This document shows positions 31,516 through 42,541 of a stretch of DNA of 64,000 bases, in pieces; within the stretch, counting starts at the first letter, position 1, and the number at the start of each line of letters is the position of its first letter. Below the pieces are notes generated by a model that searched no databases, was not told the DNA's origin, and saw only the letters and a list, made by a program, of their open reading frames with translations. Origin of the DNA: Prochlorococcus sp. AG-402-P16 (GTDB lineage: Bacteria > Cyanobacteriota > Cyanobacteriia > PCC-6307 > Cyanobiaceae). The stretch covers positions 1,569-65,568 of the forward strand of contig QCJB01000008.1 of assembly GCA_003216295.1 (NCBI GenBank). The letters are read 5' to 3'. Both the position numbers and the translations under genes were made by a program.

Positions 31516-32460
31516 TTAAATTAATTCTCCGCCACAACTTGACCCTGAACCTGCCGTGCAGCCAAAACAATGATCTGCAATTCTAATGGGATTATTTTTT
31601 AATGTTTCTCTTGAGGTTAATAAATCATTTAAATGTTTTAAAGTCCCATTTTTTGACATACCTAGTTGTTGATTAAAATCGCAATCATATAGATATCCTT
31701 TCCAATCAACACTAAGAGTTGTTTTACACATTACATATTCAAGATTCTGATTGTTATAACTTTCTTTTAATAATTTATTATATTGATTAAGTTCACCTGT
31801 TTGATTTAAATACATTTTATATCTATTTATTGGCATATTTGCTAAAACAAATAAATTTGAGAAGAAAATTCCATACCTCTCTTTAAGTTCAATCCTATAA
31901 GTATTTTCTAAATCTTTTTGCGAAGGTGGTAGGACTGGTTGACTTGGATTATATACAAGATTTAATATTAGACCTGTATCTTTAATACCATATCCATAGG
32001 AGTTGAGATCTTTAAGGGCTAATATGCTTTTTTTGAAAACACCTTCACCCCTTTGTTTATCAACATTATCTTGCAAATAACAAGGAAGAGATGCTGTTAT
32101 CTGAACGTTATTGGAGGCTAAAAATTTTATTAAGCTTTCATTTCCATCTTCTTTAAGGATCGTTAAATTGCATCTATCCATAACGTCAACATTAAGATTA
32201 CGTACTTCACTTACTAAATCCTTAAATTTAGGATGGAGTTCAGGAGCTCCTCCTGTGATATCTAAGAGCTTTATTTTCTTTGCTTTTATAACTCTAGGTA
32301 TAAGATTTATAAGTTCATTACTCATCATTTCGGTTCTATTTGGCCCAGCATTGACATGGCAATGGCTGCATGCTTGATTGCATTTATAACCTATATTGAC
32401 TTGCAAGGTTTCAAGACTGTCTCTTGTGATTTCAGGGAATGTTGTTTTACTTATTTCCAT
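31516..32460 (-). CDS. arsS: radical SAM protein, ArsS (arsenosugar biosynthesis) family
   Basis: CNQACSHC, DITGGAPE, ASLPCY, YDCDFNQ, C-terminal HCFGCTAGSGSSCGG. Confidence 0.88.
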   Translation of the reverse strand: MEISKTTFPEITRDSLETLQVNIGYKCNQACSHCHVNAGPNRTEMMSNELINLIPRVIKAKKIKLLDITGGAPELHPKFKDLVSEVRNLNVDVMDRCNLTILKEDGNESLIKFLASNNVQITASLPCYLQDNVDKQRGEGVFKKSILALKDLNSYGYGIKDTGLILNLVYNPSQPVLPPSQKDLENTYRIELKERYGIFFSNLFVLANMPINRYKMYLNQTGELNQYNKLLKESYNNQNLEYVMCKTTLSVDWKGYLYDCDFNQQLGMSKNGTLKHLNDLLTSRETLKNNPIRIADHCFGCTAGSGSSCGGELI

Positions 32461-32532
32461 AAGTAATAATATAATGAAAATATTATAGTTATGTTATATA
32501 AATGTGTGAAAATATTTTATAAAATCTTTTAA

Positions 32533-33756
32533 TTAATTACTTTTAAGATTACAAGCTAACTCTTTAAACCACTCTGTATATTCATCTGGCCCATTCTTGA
32601 AAATCATATTGAATTTCAATTCATCGTCATTATCACTTATTCCTGACATATCAGAACCTTGAATAACTGGTCTTGATACTTCATTATTACAGCTATTAAC
32701 AAATATTATCTGGTTTTCTTTTTGATAGGCTTTTCCTAATCTTTGAATCAAAGTTAAGAAACCTCTATCGCTTCCACCTCTAAGCCATGAGTTTGAGTTT
32801 TCATTTCTTATTGAAGTGACTGTATCTCCCACTCCTATTAGTAATGGCATTTGATCAGAACCGATATTATCTTTGCATAATTTTACTAATTCATTAAGAT
32901 TTTTAGGCGCATTTCTAACATTAAAATTCTCTCCAAAAGGATAATCTCCATTTTTAGAATATATGTATTTATTTAGGATGACTAAAAGGCCTGCCTCTTT
33001 TATTGCTCCCTTAATAATAAACTGAATATCCGTTGTACCGAATTCTTTTTCAGAACATGACTTCATGATCTCTATGCCTTTATTTAATCCAAGATTTGGC
33101 ATCATGTGTAGATAAAAAGAATTTCCTAAGCCGAAATCTTTTGATTTTTCTAGTAAATTATCCATTATTTTCTTCATTGTTAATTGTAAATAATTTATTT
33201 TTACTAAATCACTTTTTACATAGCTAAATATTTCATTAAAGTTTAAGGTGGGAGTAAAACGAGTATCACATATTGCTACATCAATCAATTTATTCCTCTT
33301 ATCTTCTGAAAGACTTGGTAGTGATATTTTTAATTCATTAGTTAGCATTGATCTCATCATTGCTGGGACTTTTGCTAAAAAATCAATCTCATTTTTATTT
33401 ATTCCTGGATGGGATAAATTACTATATCTATCTTGAAACTCTACTCCGCAAGCTGCCAGCCCTGGCAAATATAAACCATCCTCTTTTGCTTTGTTTTTAG
33501 AGTTAAGCGCACGCTCAACTAATCGATTAACTCCTCTAATCCCCTCGTGCTCTCCGCATGTTAATACTGAAAATTTTCCTCTTAATTTTGATACTGCCAA
33601 AATATATTCTTTACTGATCTGTCTTTTCATAGGGTCTTGAACTAAAGGAATGCAGACACCATCAAGATCTTGAACTATTAGGATATTCTCATGATTTATA
33701 AGTTTTTTAATAACTTCTTCCTTTTTATTCAACATGTTCGTCAAAGAACCCTTCAT
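32533..33756 (-). CDS. stpA: glucosylglycerol-phosphate phosphatase (salt-tolerance phosphatase)
   Basis: QDLDGVC..LV.DP, GEHEG.RGVNR, YLPGLAACG, GTTDIQF, GVGDTVTS, RGGSDRGFL. Confidence 0.9.
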   Translation of the reverse strand: MKGSLTNMLNKKEEVIKKLINHENILIVQDLDGVCIPLVQDPMKRQISKEYILAVSKLRGKFSVLTCGEHEGIRGVNRLVERALNSKNKAKEDGLYLPGLAACGVEFQDRYSNLSHPGINKNEIDFLAKVPAMMRSMLTNELKISLPSLSEDKRNKLIDVAICDTRFTPTLNFNEIFSYVKSDLVKINYLQLTMKKIMDNLLEKSKDFGLGNSFYLHMMPNLGLNKGIEIMKSCSEKEFGTTDIQFIIKGAIKEAGLLVILNKYIYSKNGDYPFGENFNVRNAPKNLNELVKLCKDNIGSDQMPLLIGVGDTVTSIRNENSNSWLRGGSDRGFLTLIQRLGKAYQKENQIIFVNSCNNEVSRPVIQGSDMSGISDNDDELKFNMIFKNGPDEYTEWFKELACNLKSN

Positions 33757-33902
33757 ATATATCTTTAGTTTAAATCAAATTTATTCCATTTCTGATTAGT
33801 TCTTATTCTTAATAAGTATATTGTCATCTTATGATTTAATTTAAAACTCTTTTTAAAAGTTTTTATAATATTGTCTATAATACTTGTGAACGCTAATAAA
33901 CT

Positions 33903-35444
33903 GTGTTTGAAAAGAATTTATCTAATAGCTTTTTTAGCGAGCCTTACACCAGAGAGTCTATATCAAAAAGACTTGATGAGGTTTTGAATGGGAAAGTTGG
34001 ATTTTATAGTGTCGGCTTGTATCCAGCATCTCTTGCATATAACTGTGCGATGCAAAATAATGGCCTAAATATACTTTTAGCTCCACGAATTGGTAGGAAA
34101 CTTTTTGGTGCTTTTTCTGAGAATGATCTTTTAAAAATGGATGAGGATATTAAACATAAAATTGAATGTATGGCAACTTCTAAATATTCTGACTCAAATA
34201 AATATAATACTCTTAAGGATTTAATAATTAATTGTGAATTAGTTATTTTAAGTTCAAATAGTAAACATATAATAAATGATGTCAATTTGTCATTTAAATT
34301 AAGAAAAGAGCTTAATCGAGAAAATGTTTTAATCGCTTGCTTGGTGGGTTCATTTTGTCATGATGATATTTTGAATGAGTCTTTTGTATTGTGTGAAAAA
34401 TTAAATAATTTAGCTTTTTTCTCAGGATTTCATCGACATGGTGCACTCCGTAATCCATTGGATAGTTTCACGGCTAATTTTTGTCATCCTGATGCAATGA
34501 ATGCAATATTAGGTGCAAAATTGCTAAATAAAATTTCTCCTAATATTCAAGTCTCTGCAGGTGTTCATAATGTTGAAGGTCAATATATGAAGGCAGCTAA
34601 AAACATTTCTTCAATTTTAGCGGGTTTTGGTCATACTTTTCATAAGAAGAACCCTGGACTGCTTCCCACTTTATTAACATTATTGTTGGATCAATGCTTA
34701 GATCAAGCAGCATATGTTTCTATGAGAAGATTAGATAGAGAATATTTATACAATAAACAACCTTTCCCTATTACTGAACTTGGATATAGCGTTCAACGAA
34801 TAGAAGCTTCTATATTGAGAAATGGAGATTTTTTACAAGTGAGAGATCATACTTTTAGTCAGTTGACGGCAATGGTTGCTGATGTTCGTGGAAGCATGAT
34901 GTTGCCTGCAAGTGGCAGACCAACAAGAAACTTTCAGGCTGGTGAAGTTTTAGCTAAAAAAATGTTTGAATATAAAAGATGTCCAGAAAGTGTTGATGAG
35001 TTTATTGAATGGTGTGAAAAATCTGAACTGAAACGTGGTGCTTTAGAGGGCATTAACTCTTTAAAATATTGGCCCTTTATCCTTAAAAAATATTTGATTC
35101 CTTTGCATGATTCCTCAATGATAAATCTGTTATATATGTGTATAATGGGGCCTATTGAAATTAAAGATGAAATTTATAAAGTAATGACAAAGAGTCGTGA
35201 ACTAACTAATTACTGCCAAGAATCAGTTAAGCCTCTTCAGAGTAAAAAAATATCTGATTCATTAGATAATTATCATTTGAAAGATGCTATTGATTATATA
35301 ACTAATTCTCTTATGGAAAAAGATAAGGTTTTATTAGATTCTAATAAACTGTTTTTTGATAATCCGCTGGAAGAAAAAGAGATAGAAGTTTATGAAAGGG
35401 TTTTGGATTATATTGAAAATTACCTAACCAATTTTGATTTCTGA
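33903..35444 (+). CDS. divergent GpsA-fold (NAD(P)-dependent glycerol-3-phosphate dehydrogenase-like) protein
   Basis: Motifs collinear with GpsA: [47 protein letters not shown], ALEG (manual alignment; see findings). Confidence 0.7.
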   Translation: [513 protein letters not shown]

Positions 35445-35453
35445 AGTGATTAT

Positions 35454-36617
35454 ATGGATTTTAATAAATTGAATTTCATATCTCATCAGTTCTTTACTAA
35501 GAGCATAGTTTTAAAGATAGATGAAGTAAAATCAGGAAATATTAATAAGACTTATATTATTGAGCACTTGCATAATAGAAGAAAATCTAAATTTATTCTT
35601 CAAAGACTAAGTAATATATTTGAATCTCATGAAATAGTTAACTTAAATCATAAATTAGTTACCGAACATTTAAATAAGAAGTTAGATGATAATTATTTTG
35701 GTCCTCAATTTAATAGATGGCAAGTCCCAAGTTTAATAAAATGTAATTCAAATAATCTTTTTATTTTCTTTTTTGAGTCTAATTTTTGGAGAGCTATGTC
35801 ATATATTAATAATAGTTCTAGTTTTGATTGTTTGAAAGATAAAAAAATGGCTTATGAGGTTGGAGTTGGTCTTTCTAAATTTCATCTGATGTGTTCAGAT
35901 CTGGATTGTTCTAAAATAATAAATACTATTAAAAATTTTCATAATACTAATTTCTATATAGATAAATTTCTTATGAATTTAAAAAGTTTTAATTTTGAAC
36001 AATTAGATATTACCATTAAAAAAAGATTAGATACTTTAACAAGTGGTTTATCTTTTCATGTTAAATATATACAATTCTTCCTTGAAAAATTCAAGAACCA
36101 TTCAATTAAAGACAAAATTATACATGGAGATCCAAAATTAAGTAATTTTCTCTTTGATAGATACCATGGATTTGTTACTTCTTTGATCGATTTAGATACA
36201 GTTTCTTCTGGATACATTCTAACAGATCTAGCTGATTGTATTCGTTCAATTTGTAATCTATCAGGTGAGAATCCTGAAGATTTAGTTCAAGTCCACTTTG
36301 ATATTAATTCTTGCCAATCTTTCCTTGAAGGTTATTTCTCCCTTTCAGAAAAAAATAAATTTGACGCTTTTAATCTTCTTCCAGAATTTATTTATGTAAT
36401 TATATTTGAATTAGCTATTAGATTTTTGACTGACTTTTTACAATCTAATATCTATTTTAAAACGAATTACTATACTCATAATTTATTTAGAGCTGAGGTC
36501 CAATTTCATTTACTCTGTAGCTTCCTTTCCCAAAGTACTGAGCTGTCAAGTTCTCTTGATCAACTTGGTATACCCTCAACCTCATCTATTATTTCAAATG
36601 AAAGATCATTTATTTAG
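35454..36617 (+). CDS. APH/choline-kinase-fold phosphotransferase, N-acetylhexosamine 1-kinase-like
   Basis: GNINKTY, FILQRL, HGDPKLSNFLF, LIDLDT, D.ADCIRS, RFLTDFL...YFK. Confidence 0.85.
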   Translation: MDFNKLNFISHQFFTKSIVLKIDEVKSGNINKTYIIEHLHNRRKSKFILQRLSNIFESHEIVNLNHKLVTEHLNKKLDDNYFGPQFNRWQVPSLIKCNSNNLFIFFFESNFWRAMSYINNSSSFDCLKDKKMAYEVGVGLSKFHLMCSDLDCSKIINTIKNFHNTNFYIDKFLMNLKSFNFEQLDITIKKRLDTLTSGLSFHVKYIQFFLEKFKNHSIKDKIIHGDPKLSNFLFDRYHGFVTSLIDLDTVSSGYILTDLADCIRSICNLSGENPEDLVQVHFDINSCQSFLEGYFSLSEKNKFDAFNLLPEFIYVIIFELAIRFLTDFLQSNIYFKTNYYTHNLFRAEVQFHLLCSFLSQSTELSSSLDQLGIPSTSSIISNERSFI

Positions 36618-36671
36618 GGTTTCAGAAAAAGCCTCTTGACACTAAAGTAAAATCGATATTAATTTTTTCTA

Positions 36672-38746
<2,075 letters not shown>

Positions 38747-38766
38747 TTTCTAACGGAGTGATATTG

Positions 38767-39660
38767 ATGGCATTAATACTTCCTCGAAGTTACCACAAAA
38801 TAAAATCAGTTGAGAAAAATCATATTTCATGGATAGAGCCCGAACTAGCGGAAAGACAAGATATAAGGCCTCTCAGGATTGGGATACTAAATATTATGCC
38901 TTTGGGAAAACAATATGAATTTAATTTGCTACACCCTTTGGGACTTTCTCCTCTTCAAATAGAACCTATTTGGATAAGATTAAAATCTCATTCGTATAGA
39001 ACTTGGGATCTAGAACATCTGAAAAATTTGTATATTTCTTGGGAGGAGGCGATGTCACCAATACCTTTAGATGGATTGATAATTACTGGAGCCCCTGTTG
39101 AACATTTGCCTTTTGAAGAAGTGAATTATTGGAAAGAATTGGTAAGTTTAATTGAGGAAGCTAGAAGCAAATGTGCTAGTACTCTTGGATTATGTTGGGC
39201 TGGATTCGCAATGGCTTATTTAGCTGGCGTAGAAAAACATAATTTTGAAAAAAAACTTTTTGGTGTCTATCCGATGAGGAGCCTTTCCCCTGGACATTCT
39301 CTTATGGGAACACAAGATGATGAATTTTTCTGCCCTCAGAGCAGATATGCAGGTCTTCCTGATTTGGCGATGGAACAAGCTCAAGAAAAAGGTAGACTTA
39401 GATTATTGGCTCATGGCAAGAAAGTTGGATATACAATATTTGAAACTCCTGATCAAAGACAGCTTATGCATTTAGGACATCCTGAATATAATGTCGATAG
39501 AATAAAATCAGAGATGGAAAGAGATAAAAAGAGAGGTGATGTACCTCCTCCCGAAAATTTTGATTTGTTCAAAACAAAAACTTCTTGGAGATCACATAGG
39601 AACTTACTATTCCAACAATGGCTATGGTTCTGTTATCAACGTGTAAGCCTAAGTGTTTAA
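38767..39660 (+). CDS. metA: MetA-family homoserine O-acyltransferase (predicted acetyl-specific)
   Basis: QDIRPL.I.ILN.MP, ITGAPVE, CWA, GHPEY; ATG at 38767. Confidence 0.95.
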   Translation: MALILPRSYHKIKSVEKNHISWIEPELAERQDIRPLRIGILNIMPLGKQYEFNLLHPLGLSPLQIEPIWIRLKSHSYRTWDLEHLKNLYISWEEAMSPIPLDGLIITGAPVEHLPFEEVNYWKELVSLIEEARSKCASTLGLCWAGFAMAYLAGVEKHNFEKKLFGVYPMRSLSPGHSLMGTQDDEFFCPQSRYAGLPDLAMEQAQEKGRLRLLAHGKKVGYTIFETPDQRQLMHLGHPEYNVDRIKSEMERDKKRGDVPPPENFDLFKTKTSWRSHRNLLFQQWLWFCYQRVSLSV

Positions 39661-39736
39661 ATTTTTGTGATAGATATATTTTATTTTAGATTGATTTTCT
39701 GAAATATCTTTTTTAGCGATCTAACTTTGGTTTTTA

Positions 39737-40969
39737 TTATTCTAATTTAGGCATGATATTATCTGGATCATAAATAGCCTTAATTTCTTTTAAATTTGTT
39801 AGCCAATCTTTAAAAGCTAATGACAATTCTTTTTGATGCCATGGTAAATGAGGGTGTATTTGAGCAAGATGAACTCCTGGGCATATAAATTCTAAATTGT
39901 TCCAGCATTCTTCCATCCATTTTAGGCTTTTCTCTCTCCCAGCTTTGTCATTTGCTGGCCAAGATCCATTAATCCAAGGTTTCCATATTGCATCTCGATG
40001 CTGAAAAGAACTATCGATATAATTTGATTTAGTTAACCCTCCTAATTGTTGAGATGCAATATAACAACTGTTATTAGGTCTTTTATTAATTAAGTTCTGA
40101 ATAATTTTTAATACGTGCAGATTATTCTCTTTCCAGGCAGGACCCAATAAACTTAGCACTTCAGAATGATTAGTGAGGTTAACTTTTTCCCCTAAGTTCA
40201 AATTTGGTAATGAGTTCATATTTTTAACTTTCTTGATTATTCGATTAGAACTGAAGGGCAATTTTTCTAATAAAGAAGTTATTTTTTTTTCTTGATCATC
40301 ATTTACAATTTCACCTATTGCATGAGCGAACATATTTTCGCCCCAAATCCATTGCAAGCTAAGTGAATTTGGCCAAATTTCAGCTTGACTAATACATTCT
40401 GATAGTTGAGAGAATGAAATATTTGCTGTCCAACTCAATAATGTTCTTAATGGTTGAGTTTTTACTTTTACTTTTGTAACTATGCCAAGAAATATAGCGG
40501 CCCCACACATGGCTTTCCATTCGGATTTTGAAACTTGTCCTTTGTTTGGTCGAAATAAATGAAACTTAGTTCCATTACCCCAAAAACCTTCAATCTCTAA
40601 AATCTGATCAATTGCTAAGCCTGTACTTCTGCTAAGTGGACTTATTCCACCAGTTAAGATATATCCCATTCCAGTCTTACCAGATAAACCAATAGGAAAA
40701 CTTCTTTGATGCTTGCTTAAGAAATTAGATAAATCTCCCATTGTTACACCAGCTTCTATTTCAACATGCTTTTTCTCAAAATCAAAAGATAAATTTTGGT
40801 AGTTTTTTCTTAGATCTAATATCCAATGGTTGTCTGCTGCCGCTCGGCTAGTAGTGCCTCCACTCGCTACCAATAATGGAATGGAATTATTTTTAGTCGA
40901 TCTAAGGAATTCGAATAAGTTTGAGTTGACTTCTTCAAAAATGCCATAAATATTACTTTCATTGGACAT
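39737..40969 (-). CDS. FAD-binding oxidoreductase (VAO/berberine-bridge-enzyme-like)
   Basis: FAD_binding_4-type GG.S.LSR..GLA.D and C-terminal L..IK..YDP.N. Confidence 0.85.
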   Translation of the reverse strand: MSNESNIYGIFEEVNSNLFEFLRSTKNNSIPLLVASGGTTSRAAADNHWILDLRKNYQNLSFDFEKKHVEIEAGVTMGDLSNFLSKHQRSFPIGLSGKTGMGYILTGGISPLSRSTGLAIDQILEIEGFWGNGTKFHLFRPNKGQVSKSEWKAMCGAAIFLGIVTKVKVKTQPLRTLLSWTANISFSQLSECISQAEIWPNSLSLQWIWGENMFAHAIGEIVNDDQEKKITSLLEKLPFSSNRIIKKVKNMNSLPNLNLGEKVNLTNHSEVLSLLGPAWKENNLHVLKIIQNLINKRPNNSCYIASQQLGGLTKSNYIDSSFQHRDAIWKPWINGSWPANDKAGREKSLKWMEECWNNLEFICPGVHLAQIHPHLPWHQKELSLAFKDWLTNLKEIKAIYDPDNIMPKLE

Positions 40970-41090
40970 TTTATTTTGAAGTGCGAGTTGATTTCGAATG
41001 AGTTCCTCCTTTTTTCTATACTTACCTTAGTAAGCTGATATTGTATAAAACTTTATTGAATTAGAGTTACTTTTTTATTTAAAAGCTGTT

Positions 41091-42155
41091 TTGATTTCTC
41101 TGTCTTCAACTATTAATAATTTTCCATCAAGTATGGGCATCCTTTTATGCGGGCATGGGAGTAGAGACCCTAAAGCGGTAAAAGAATTTATAGATTTAGT
41201 AGACAAAATAAAATCTAGATTACCCAATATCCCAGTTGCTTATGGATTTTTAGAATTTAATAGGCCAATAATTAGAACTGCTTTAGACCAATTAAGAGAA
41301 ATGGGAGTTGAGAAGATCATTGCTCTTCCTGCAATGCTTTTCGCTGCAGGTCATACCAAAAATGATATACCTGCAGTATTGAACAATTACTCTGCTGAAA
41401 ATGGATTGGTTATTCAGTATGCAAGAGAGCTTGGTTTAAATTCTCTTATGATTGGAGCCGCAGGGGCAAGAGTTAAAGAGACAATTGAAAGTAATCCAAT
41501 TTTTCCTCTCTCAGAAACACTTCTTGTTGTGGCAGGGCGGGGATCGTCTGACCCGGATGCTAATTCAAATGTTTGTAAAATAACCAGGATGCTAGTTGAG
41601 GGATTTGGATTTGGCTGGGGAGAAACAGTTTTTTCAGGGGTAACATTTCCTCTTGTAGAACCTGGAATCAGGCATGCCCTTAAATTAGGGTTTAATAGAA
41701 TAATTCTTCTACCTTATTTTCTTTTTTCAGGAGTCTTGGTTAGTAGAGTCCTGGAACACTCTAGGAGAGTTTCTCAGGAGAATCCTGATGTTGAGTTTTT
41801 GAATGCAAGTTACTTATCAAACCATGAATTAGTTATAGATACTTTTATGGAAAGAATTCAAGAGGTTATAAATGGAGAGAATTTTATGAATTGTTCTTTA
41901 TGCAAATATCGTTCAAACTTATTGGGGTTTGAAAGTGAGGTGGGATATGCCCAGATAAGTCATCATGATCATGTTGAAGGTTGCCTAGATCTTTGCCCTG
42001 ATTGCGGAAGATCACATTGTGAATGCAAAATTGAAAATCAAAGTCTCTCCCAAAATCATTTAACAGTTCATTCACATCAACATTTTCCTTATCCACATTC
42101 GAGCCATCCTTTAGGCCCTGTCACGCTTCGCTCTTTAAAAAACAACGAAATATAA
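41091..42155 (+). CDS. cbiX: sirohydrochlorin cobaltochelatase
   Basis: CGHGSRD, FLEF..P, AGHTKNDIP, GRGSSD, PYFLF.G, MNC..C, His-rich tail. Confidence 0.92.
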   Translation: MISLSSTINNFPSSMGILLCGHGSRDPKAVKEFIDLVDKIKSRLPNIPVAYGFLEFNRPIIRTALDQLREMGVEKIIALPAMLFAAGHTKNDIPAVLNNYSAENGLVIQYARELGLNSLMIGAAGARVKETIESNPIFPLSETLLVVAGRGSSDPDANSNVCKITRMLVEGFGFGWGETVFSGVTFPLVEPGIRHALKLGFNRIILLPYFLFSGVLVSRVLEHSRRVSQENPDVEFLNASYLSNHELVIDTFMERIQEVINGENFMNCSLCKYRSNLLGFESEVGYAQISHHDHVEGCLDLCPDCGRSHCECKIENQSLSQNHLTVHSHQHFPYPHSSHPLGPVTLRSLKNNEI

Positions 42156-42253
42156 AAAAAATAGGTTTGTATTACAGACTCATTTGTCTCTTTCTTGATT
42201 GCGACGCAATGGACTCGTTATTTATACAATTATTTAATGTTTAGTTTGAAGAC

Positions 42254-42378
42254 TTTTCCCCAATAGTTTTCCACAGTTACCGAATGGTTTTCCACTTAAA
42301 AAAAACTAAGACCCTAGTCTTCGAGGAGAACTTGTGGTAATCGGAAGATTTTTTAATAGTAATTTACACTTATACACT
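42254..42378. promoter_or_regulatory. cluster of DnaA-box-like 9-mers
   Basis: TTTTCCCCA 42254, TTTTCCACA 42267 (perfect match to TTWTNCACA), TTTTCCACT 42288, TGTGGTAAT 42333 (reverse), TTATACACT 42370. Confidence 0.55.
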
Positions 42379-42541
42379 TTCACTCTCTTGGAGGAAGATT
42401 TTGTACTTCTCTTGATGAGAACCCTCTTTGTTAGATGAGTCTAGTAGTGTCTCAGGAATTGGATATATGTTTTCTTTATCTTTGACGTTTCATTAAAAAT
42501 TTAAGATCCTTATCTCATAGATTTTGAGTTTTTCGTAAGAA

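Noticed and set aside
32470-32487. TATAAT-GAAAAT-ATTATA Fur-box-like palindrome upstream of arsS
   Set aside because: Almost entirely A/T in a very AT-rich spacer and one base short of the 19-bp box; likely chance
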